Below are positions 54,801-64,000 of a stretch of 64,000 nt of DNA, in pieces. The stretch is from contig OX597815.1 in assembly GCA_951406725.2 (NCBI GenBank), positions 42,904,001-42,968,000 on the forward strand, in the 5' to 3' direction. The DNA is from Octopus vulgaris. Lineage: Eukaryota. The first letter of the stretch is position 1, and the number at the start of each line of letters is the position of its first letter. A program made the position numbers and the translations under genes. The notes beneath the pieces were generated by a model, which ran no database searches, had not been told where the DNA came from, and saw nothing but the letters and a program-made list of their open reading frames with translations.

Positions 54801-56219
54801 CAGGAAAAGTAAATAGGAACAGGATTGGTGCGAAACGAAGCCAATACGTGAACCCAGACTCGATTTGTGATGATAGAGAGTATTAATACCTGAAATACTG
54901 CAAAAGAAATGTTGAGGGAATTTCATGTTGGGCATCTTGGTAATTCGAAGATGAAAGCTTTAATGCGTAGCTACGTGTACTGGCCAAAAATGGACAAAAA
55001 AATCGAAAATTTAGTGAGAAGCTGCAGAGGATGTACTCTAGCAGCAAAATTACCGACGATAAAAAGTGAACCTTGGCCAAAAGTAGATGTTCCGTGGTTG
55101 AAACTATATATCGATTTAACTGGTCCCTTTAACGGTTCATACTACTTAGTGGTAGCAGATAGTTTCTCTAAATGGCCTGAAATTTGTAAGTGTAAAAGAC
55201 CAACCTCCTCAACTACGACAAACTTTCTACATGAGCTGTTTGCGAGATTTGGCATCCCAGATACGAAAGCATCTGACAATGGAACACAATTTGTGTCTTT
55301 TGAGCTTAAAAAGTTTTGTAAAAAGTTCGTTGTAGAACATGTAACTACGGCGCTATACCATCCCAGATCTAGCGGACCAGCAGAACACTTTGTCGTTGCA
55401 TTCAAGAGATCCCTAAGAAAATCGAATAAGGAGGTCACGGGTGAGGCAGCTCTACAACAATTCTTAAGAGTATACCGGGTGACACCAAATTCAAACACGC
55501 TAGCAGGCATGTGATCAGCGGTGCTGATGTTTGCGAGGAAAATAAAATCAGTCTTCGACAAATTACTACTTGGTAAGAAAAGAAAAATTGCAATGGATAA
55601 TAGAGCAAGATATTTCAAAATTGGTGAAAATGTATTTGTTAGGGCATATAAGAACGGAAAACAAAGTTGAGAAGATGGCGTGATTACCAAACGCATAGGA
55701 AAAATGCTATACTTGGTAAAAGGAAGAAAAGGGGTACACAAGAGACATTTGAATCAACTAAAAAAAAAAAAGATTCGTTCAGAGCGAACCCAAGAAAATG
55801 GAAAACCCAATGGAATGGTAATATAATACTTTTCAAGTACCAACACCACTACAAATAATTGAACCCAGATGCACAAACGAAAGGAAAATGTACGGAGTTC
55901 CTGGAAATGGATGCCAAACGAAAAAATATTGAATTTGTAACTGTACGAAAAATAAAACTTAAAAAGGGATGTGAGGTGATGTAAAAATTATTGCTAATAA
56001 AAAGAAATAAAATTACACTCCCTGGGAAAAAAGTAAAACTTAAAAGGAGGGATGTTATGGGGATAATAATGGAACACTCCTCCCACATGACGAGTGGTAT
56101 GTGTTAGTCGTTACAAATAATGTGACGTTGAGCAGCCGGTCGATAGATAGTCGTGTCTTACTTGTCTAACTAACTATACCGGAGTGGATGTTATAACAGT
56201 CCGACGTTAGATTTCAATA
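51828..56219 (+). mobile_element. Ty3/Gypsy LTR retrotransposon, full length, decayed
   Basis: LTRs 51828-52019 and 56053-56219; PBS-like ggtgacgagg (tRNA-Ser GCU type); PPT aaaaggaggga; atatg/ttatg TSD-like flanks; gag knuckle, LDIGSDIT protease, YLDDILI RT and integrase in order. Confidence 0.92.
54909..55514 (+). pseudogene. Gypsy integrase (HHCC and DDE core)
   Basis: HVGHLG..YVYWP..CRGC; IDLTGP, SDNGTQF, SSGPAE. Confidence 0.9.
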
Positions 56220-57149
56220 TTATGCATGTATTTATTGGGCGCTACATGTAACCCTGTACAACCTGTTGCATGGTCGGGTCGTCGACGACTAAACTGGCAG
56301 CCCCATCGAGCTTGGTGAGGTGGTTGATTGTTGGACACCCTGCAGAACGAAAAATGTGAAAGAGTGGAAGAACTCATCAGCAGCCAACGACCATCCAACA
56401 ATATGTGTACATGTGTATGTATGCATTTATGTGCAGGGGCTTGATTGCCAAATGCATAAGGAAAATGCTATACTTGTTAAAAGGAAGAAGAGGGGTGTAT
56501 AGGAGACACATGAATCAACCTGGTACCCAGGTGTATGGTTACCCCACAAGGAATGGGCGGCTCCTCTGTTATCACAGCATTTCCCAAGGAGAGGGGAACT
56601 TTGAGAGAAAACCTGTGACTCTGAAAATATTCCATGATGTTGACTAGTTCTTCTTTTGGGTTTTATGTTGTCCATGTTCAGAGAGTGGGATTGCATTGGT
56701 GCAAATCCTTTCCCTACTATAAAAAAAAAGAAAATTATCATGCACAGGCATTGCTTGAAAAAAGTGAGACCTATAAAAAATGGCTGGTCTTAGCCTTCGC
56801 ATGTGTGGGACTTTCGATCATGTGATGGCATTACTCGATCACGAGTTTGCAGCTATCATGTATGTATGTATGTATGTATGTATGTATGTATGTATGTATG
56901 TATGTATGTATGTATGTATGTATGTATGTATGTATGTATGTATGTATGTATGTATGTATGTATGTATGTATGTATGTATGTATGTATGTACGTACGTATG
57001 TATGCATGCATGTATGCATGTACGTGCGAATGTATGTATGTGTATATGTGTGTATGTGTATATGTGTGTATGCGTGTGTGTGTATGTATATGCATATATG
57101 TATGTGTGCATATATGCATGTACGAGTGTGTGCATGTATGTGTGCGTGT

Positions 57150-57357
57150 GTGTGTGTGACTTTCTGTTGGTCTTCTGCCTCTGTTTGACAACCGGCGTTG
57201 GTTTGTTTACGTCGCTGTAACCTAGCGGTTCGGCAAAATTAGACTCATACAACAAGTACCAGGCTTTATATTAGTACTGGGGGTGGATTTGTTCGACTAA
57301 ACACTCCAAAGCGGTGCCCCAGCAAGGCTGCAGTCCTATGATTGAAACAAGTAAAGG
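57150..57357 (+). mobile_element. SINE family A 3' half (a 5' half lies at ~51655-51827)
   Basis: ttgacaaccggcgttggt..gcggttcggcaaa..gaaacaagtaaag. Confidence 0.7.
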
Positions 57358-57486
57358 GCATAAAATGTAGCTTTGTGGGCAGGAGCACATAGATGAAGGA
57401 GTTGCGCCCTTCCTATGGTCATCACAGGCTCACAAAACCAGTAAGAGGATGATAATGAGCTAATAATATGTTTTATATGCATTTGA

Positions 57487-57705
57487 AGGTGGCGAGTTGA
57501 AAGGACCGTTAGCACGCCGGGCGAAATATTTAGCGGTATTTCGTCTGCCGGTACGTTCTGAGTTCAAATTCCACCGAGGTCGACTTTGCCTTTCATCCTT
57601 TCGATAAATTAAGTACTAGTCACGCACTGGGGTCGATGTAATCACTTAATGCCTTTGTCTGTCTTTGTTTGTCACCTCTATGTTTAGCCCCCTGTGGGTA
57701 ATCAA
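57487..57705 (+). mobile_element. SINE family B
   Basis: Full head-to-tail homology with 42034-42268. Confidence 0.85.
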
Positions 57706-58004
57706 AACGAATATGTTTTATATGCATACACTCTGAATTATTTATAACTAAAGCATAGAATAATTTTAACATAAACTTCATATTTATAGCTTGTTACACG
57801 AATATGTTAGGCTTCTTTTTTTTTTGTAAACCATTTGGAGTGCTTATAACTAACATGGTTAATTAAACAATAAAGGCGGGTACAAAACCACAAAACTTAA
57901 TATATATATTAGTCATATGGTTTACAGTCATCTAAGCTATTACTTAAAATATTACATTCATAGCTTCTATAATATATATGTTTTATTTATATGTTGTCAT
58001 GTTA

Positions 58005-58594
58005 TTTATTTCTTTATTGCCCGCAGAGGACTAAGCATAGAATGGACAATCAACGACAGACAAAGGCATTAAGTCGATTATATCGATCCCAGTGCGTAAC
58101 TGGTACTTAATTTATCGACCTCGAAAGAATGAAAGGCAAAGACCACCTCGGCGGAATTTGAATTCAGAACGTAAAGAAAGACGAATTACAGCTAAGCATT
58201 TCCGCCCAACCTACTAATGTTTCTTATTCCTTTATTGCCCACAAAGGGCTAAACATCGAGGGGACAAACAAGGATAGACATAGGGATTAAGTCGATTACA
58301 TCGACCCTCGTATGTAACTGGTACGTAATTTATCGACCCCGAAAGGATGAAAGGCAAAGTCGACCTCGGTGGAATTTGAACTCTGAACGTAGCGGCAGAC
58401 GACAAAAAGGACAGACAGACGGATTAAGTCGATTATATCGACCCCAGTGCGTAACTGGTACTTAATTTATCGACCCCGAAAGAATGAAAGGCAAAGTCGA
58501 CCTCGGCGGAATTTGAACTCAGATCGTAACGGTAGACGAAATACGGCTACGCATTTCGCCCGGCGTGCTAACGATTCTGACAGTTCACCGCCTT
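58005..58594 (-). mobile_element. Tandem trimer of SINE family B
   Basis: Three ttaagtcgatta..actggtac..tttatcgacc..gaaaggcaaag cores. Confidence 0.9.
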
Positions 58595-59159
58595 TGTTGA
58601 TGTCATGTTATTAATGGAAACTCTAAACCGTTTCTAAAATATCATTGGAACCTTTTTTTTTCCCCACGTGTTGTTTATATGTAAAAAAAAAAAAGCTAAA
58701 AACAAATCTTATAGTATCTGTGAAAATCATTGATTAGTACAAATAACTTTCAATTAGTACAAATAACTTTCAATTATTAAATAACTTTAATTCAAATATT
58801 AAATAATAGAAGCATTTACCTCCCTTACCATACGTCAAATGGAAGTTATTCCCCTTGTAATAAATTTGAATTTAAAATGAGTTATCTTCCTTAGATAATT
58901 ATCTGGGCAGCGTCCCCGTACCTTAAAATAATCCAGTCAGACGTTTTTCTTTGTATGCTTATTGGTTTGCGCCTGTATTAAATAATGTGAAGTAACTATT
59001 GAAAGATCTCAGCTCTGTTATTTCTAAATGGCTTGTTTAAACTGAGTGATGTAAGTCTTATTTATTTTTTTTCCTGTTAACTACGATGGTTTGTTATTGT
59101 TGTCGTTAAGCGCTGATCTTATGAGTGGAGATATTCCAATCGTGGTTATTCCATTTTTA

Positions 59160-59389
59160 TGTTCAGGGATAGCCTATATACTGAACATAGATGTCAAATC
59201 ACCATTACCACGAAGAATGTGTTCTCAAGAAAAATGTCAGTAAAAAAAACAAAATGTAAAAAAAAAGCAAGACAAATGAAAATATACGAAATAAAAAACT
59301 GTGTTCTAGAGAACACATTCTTCGTGGTAATTTGACGTTTATGTTTAGCATATAGGCTGTCCACTTTTAGTGGTCAGTCCTCTAAATTT

Positions 59390-59392
<3 letters not shown>
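59160..59392. repeat. Inverted pair related to the 20951-21100 repeat
   Basis: Minus strand aggactgaccactaaaagtggacagcc..tgctaaacataaacgtcaaat resembles aggactgcacacgaaaagtggacagtc..tgctagatatagacgtcaaat; attaccacgaagaatgtgttctc is present in both orientations. Confidence 0.7.
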
Positions 59393-59434
<42 letters not shown>

Positions 59435-59436
<2 letters not shown>

Positions 59437-59827
59437 TTTATGTATAAAAGTCAAGTTGTGTGTCTGTCTCCTACGATTTAGATTCCTAACTACTCCCACA
59501 TTTTGCGGTGCAGTTTAACCAAAACCGGGTATCTTATAGTCGTGATTCATATCGAGCCCTTCTGGGTATTAGTGCGCGTCTACGATGAGTCTACGATTTA
59601 AAAAAAAATTTACCATCATTTTTTTCCATTTTAATGCATTTTTCGCTATTATATAAGGGAAGTAACTCTCTAAAAATGTCTACGATGAGTCAACGATTTA
59701 AAAAAATTTACCATCATTTTTTTCCGTTTCTAATGCATTTTTTTGTTATTTTTTGGCTATAACTCTCTAAAAATGCTTACATAGTTATTTCCCTTACAAA
59801 CCCGAGCAACGCCGGGCGATACTGCTA

Positions 59828-59828
<1 letters not shown>
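59435..59828 (+). mobile_element. Non-autonomous Helitron
   Basis: 5' TC..tataaaa; 3' hairpin cccgagcaacgccggg then CTAG|T; internal ~100-bp tandem duplication; inserted in (TA)n. Confidence 0.85.
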
Positions 59829-59863
<35 letters not shown>

Positions 59864-60271
59864 AGATGGCAGAGTATGACTTGAGGGAGAGGTAACTGCT
59901 ATCTCCAATTCGTCGAAGGACTTTGTTGGAACCCTCACACTGATTTGACTAAGAATAATGCAATGTATTAATATCTTAAGCATATAAATAACCATGTTAC
60001 AAAACTGCTGGCCTTTTGCCTACATTGAAAATTATTATACTGTGCAGAATTGGCAGAATTGTTATAGCCTCAGATAAAATGCTTTGCAGAATTTATTTGG
60101 GATCTTTACATTCTGAGTTCAAATCCTCAGTCAATAAAGTACCATTTAAATACGAAGGTCAATGAAACGAGTAATGCCTCTGTTCTCCCATACTGTTAGC
60201 CTTGTGCCTAAACCATTATTATTTTTATTGTTATTGTTGTTGCTGTTGTTGTTATTATTATTTTTATTGTT

Positions 60272-60657
60272 ATTATTACCTCTGCCTTTGCGAAGGCGGA
60301 GGTATTGCTTTCAGTCGCGTTTGTTTGTTTGTTTGTTTGTCCGTGGACAAGATGTTTTAAGAAACACTGGATAGATTTAGATGAAACTTTCAGGGATCTT
60401 TGTTTGGCCTCGTGAATGGGATGAATTGATTAGATTTTGGGATCGATCGGGTACCGAACAAGGATTCTGGGTTGTTTTCCGTTTTTTTTTTTTTTTACTT
60501 AATTTTTGAGAGCGGTCGGTTTCATTTTTAGTATTCTCATTTGTGAAAGCAGTCGAGTTTATTTCAGATATTCTCATTTTAAAAATCATCTCCAGCTAAT
60601 CGTTGAGAGGACGTTGGTGTTGCATTGGTGGAGGTTTGGGCTCTCTGAGTGCTCTTA
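60272..60657 (+). mobile_element. Helentron-associated (HINE/DINE-1-like) element
   Basis: 5' acctctgcc..ggcggaggt inverted repeat, (GTTT)n, 3' tggtggaggt sub-TIR plus terminal gctctctgagtgc hairpin. Confidence 0.7.
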
Positions 60658-60890
60658 TCCATTATCATTATTATTATTATCATCATCATCATCATCATTA
60701 TTATTATTATTATTATTACTTTTTTTTTCCTCTTTCAAATTTGCTTCCATTTCTTACCGAGTGTCTTCCCGACTTCTAGGGCAAAGAAACTCATAGTACA
60801 CACTGGTAGGCCATCAAACTCAATAGTTCGTTCATTTTTTTTTTTTTTTTAAGTTAAATTAAAATACATGTATTTTAATTTAACCATGTA

Positions 60891-60948
<58 letters not shown>

Positions 60949-60969
60949 CATTATTATTATTATTATTTA

Positions 60970-61266
60970 AGACATCGCACAGTATTCAATATCGTGATGT
61001 TGTTGATTGAAGATGTTGTGTCTACCGGGATTTTGTATTGTCTGTAAAGTCACAAGGACCACAGACAGACAGTACTTAAACGCTATATGCGTGAAGTTCC
61101 AAGTAATGCTGATTTATGTAATACACCTAGATTGTAATACACCAAAATTTGTAATACACCTAGATTGTACGGTATTTCTAAAGTTTCCAGATGTTTTTTC
61201 AGGTTGGGTGGTATTGAACCCAATGCTCCGATGACAATAGGGACAACCTTTATGTTTGATTCACAT
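60970..61266 (-). pseudogene. R4/Dong-like LINE 3' end between (TAA)n tracts
   Basis: IKVVPIVIGALGSIPPNLKKHLETLEI..KSALLGTSRI on the minus strand. Confidence 0.75.
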
Positions 61267-61269
61267 AAA

Positions 61270-61353
<84 letters not shown>

Positions 61354-61373
61354 CATTATTATTATTAATATTA

Positions 61374-61921
61374 TTGAGTGAGAGAGCAGTACATACCATC
61401 AAAGTGATACTGGGATACAATATATGAAGCCCAGTATACCTATCATGACTACACGTCTGATAAGGGTACACCAGGCACATGCATCATAACCATATGTGCG
61501 TGACATGATGGTCTCATATCAAAATAAACAGCGCATGACCTTGCAGGTGGGGCCCAGTTAGAATTTTTTTCACGTTAAGCAGCCTATCCCACTCAAATGG
61601 TCCTTGATTAAGGGTTGTTTAAGGATGTTGTCCGAAACACATGTTTCCAAAAGTGGATTATTCAAACCCTAAAGAATTCCTCTAAACACGTGACTATGAT
61701 GCTTCCCCACTACTTCTGTTCATAATCAGAGATGCACATATCGTCAGCCACTATGCTCAACTGGTTACGGTCAAACAACTGACAAGCAAATCTGTGGTAC
61801 TGAGCAGAATATTTGCTGTGGCCCATCTTTTATACCAAGACAAGATAAAGTTCTTGATAACAATTCCAATCAGTTAAGATCAGAAGCCATGAGAGCCACT
61901 GCTTGGTACTGCATCAGGGCA
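61374..61921. repeat. Family D element, full length, (TTA)n on both sides
   Basis: Homology to 27684-28195 and 63260-63836. Confidence 0.85.
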
Positions 61922-61935
61922 TTATTATTATTATA

Positions 61936-61984
<49 letters not shown>

Positions 61985-61986
<2 letters not shown>

Positions 61987-62216
61987 TACATTATTTACAT
62001 TTGACGGATGTTTGTCCTCATCTTGTTTGTTGTTAACACAACGTTTCGGCTGATATACCCTCCAGCCTTCATCAGGGGTCTTGGGGAAATTACGAAGCTG
62101 GGTTCTCATTTCTAAGGTATTTTTTGTTGTTGTTATTGTTTTTGCCGTTCAGGTAACTGCCTGGAATCGAACTCGAAATCTTGGGTTTAGTAACCTGTGC
62201 TCTTAACCACTATGCC
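61985..62216 (-). mobile_element. tRNA-headed SINE containing a hammerhead motif
   Basis: Head ggcatagtggttaagagc..gagttcgattcc (A/B boxes), then the hammerhead at 62035-62080, tail tgtaaataatgtaaataa-(TAA)n. Confidence 0.7.
62035..62080 (-). ncRNA. Minimal type I hammerhead motif
   Basis: GACCC-CTGATGA-A-GGCTG(GAGGGTATAT)CAGCC-GAAACGT-T-GTGTT; palindromic AACGTT stem III; one mismatch in stem I. Confidence 0.65.
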
Positions 62217-62996
62217 AGCATATGGTGTAGTGGTTAAGAGCGCAGGCTATTAACCCAAGATTCTGAGTTCGATTCCAGGCAGTGGTTTCTACAGCTGGAT
62301 GCCCTTCTTAATGCCAACCACTTTACAGAGGGTAGTGGGAACTTTTTTTTTGCATGTCACCAGTACAAATGCATTTACATCACCCCAGGACAAATGCATT
62401 TTATGTGGCATTGGCACAAGTGCATTTTACATGACACCAGCACCTGCAACACAGAGGCCTCTCAGTTGGGAGAGGGAGTGGGGCCATAGTCATAAAGGGC
62501 ATGTCTATATATATGAATGACCGCAATTTTATTTAGCTTGGTGTGTCTTCTCAAGTGCAGCAAATCACCACAAGTTTTAGTCAATTGTCATCTCCTCAGG
62601 GAGGCCTAATAATAATGATTTCTGATTTTGGCATAGGCCTAAAATTTTGAGGAAAAGGAGTTATCCCTCGTACTTGACTGGTACCTTATCTTTTTGACTG
62701 CTGAGGGATGAATGACAATGTTGATTGTAATGGGATATGAAATCAAAACATAGAGAGTTAGAAGGCATTTCCCCCAGTGCTTTTATCATTCTACCACCCC
62801 ACCACAAATGCACAAGGCCAGCAATTTTGGATGGAGGATATTAATCAATACCATTAACCTGTTACTTAACTGGTACTTCAATTTAGCAAACTTGAATGGA
62901 TACATGACAAAATTGATATCATGAGAGTTGGAACTTCAAATGTAAACAAACCACATTATGCACAATGAGATAGTTTGTTCAATGTCATATTTAGTA

Positions 62997-63045
<49 letters not shown>

Positions 63046-63049
63046 TCTA

Positions 63050-63240
63050 TTATAGGCACAAAGCTTGAAATTTTGTGGGAGGGTATAAGTCGATTATATC
63101 AACCCCAGTGCTTTTATTGACCCTGAAAGAATGAAAGGCAAAGTCGATCTTGGCAGAATTTGAAATCAGAACATAAAGACAGACAAATGTCCTTAAGCAT
63201 TTCACTCGGCATGGCAACAATTCTGCCAGCTCGCCACCTT
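63050..63240 (-). mobile_element. SINE family B
   Basis: gaaagaatgaaaggcaaagtcga..ctgccagctcgccacctt; older copies at ~62610-62960. Confidence 0.8.
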
Positions 63241-63259
63241 AATAATAATAGTAATAATG

Positions 63260-63836
63260 TCCTGATGCAGTACCAGGCACTGGATCTCATGACTTTTGAT
63301 CTTAACTGATTTGAAGTTTTGTCATGTACATATTTTGTCTTGTTATAAAAGATGGGCTACAGCAAATATTCTGCTCAATACCACAGATTTTCTTGTTAGT
63401 TGTTTGACCTTAACCAGTTGAGCAAGTCCCTTAATGGCTGATGATATGTTCATCTTTGATCATAAACAGAAGAAGTGGTGGAGCATCGTAGCCATGTGTT
63501 GAGAGGAATTCTTTGGGTTTTGAGTGATTCACCCCTGGAAACATGGGTGTTTCATCCATTATCCTTAAACAAACCTTATTCAGGGACCTTTTGAGCGGGA
63601 TGGACTACTAGACCTGAAAAAAATTCTAACTGGGCCTCACTTGCAAGGTCACGTGCTGTTTATCTTGATATGAGATCATCATGTCGCGACACTACTGCCA
63701 CTACTGCTGCTACTACTACTATGGGATGCATGTGCCTGGTGTACCCTTATCAGACAGGTAGTTTTGATGGATATATTGGGCTTCATATATTTGTACCCTA
63801 GTGTCACTTTGATGGCATCTATTGCATTCTCACTGA
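63260..63836. repeat. Family D element, inverted relative to 61374-61921
   Basis: Reverse-complement homology; flanked by (TAA)n. Confidence 0.85.
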
Positions 63837-64000
63837 ATAATAATAATAATAATGATTTCTTTTATTAGTCACAAGTGCCCAAGACATGGAGGACAGTATT
63901 GAAGGACATGTTACAGCATTAAAAAAATTACAGAAGGTACAAAAAACATGTGGAGTTGACATCAGTGAATTGGAGATACTACCACATTAAATGATATAAC

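Overview
AT-rich, microsatellite-dense, repeat-dominated eukaryotic DNA. It is most consistent with an Octopus (coleoid cephalopod) intronic or intergenic region; this is inferred from the SINE families, not proven. There is one 100-N scaffold gap, and no host protein-coding gene can be supported: nearly all listed ORFs are microsatellite read-through or decayed transposon fragments. Recognisable content: three tRNA-derived SINE families in many copies (inverted pairs, tandem multimers), two decayed mariner elements plus MITEs, a full-length decayed Gypsy element with both LTRs, RLE-type (R4/Dong-like), RTE and L1/Tx1-like LINE remnants, Helitron/Helentron derivatives, and a Penelope-like (GIY-YIG) remnant. 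The most notable signal is a set of hammerhead-ribozyme motifs in small microsatellite-embedded elements. These include a ~720-bp element with two ~220-bp direct repeats, each carrying a type I hammerhead 495 nt apart (retrozyme-like, predicted circular RNA), and a tRNA-headed SINE with a hammerhead in its body. Coordinates were read by eye, and boundaries of decayed repeats are approximate.
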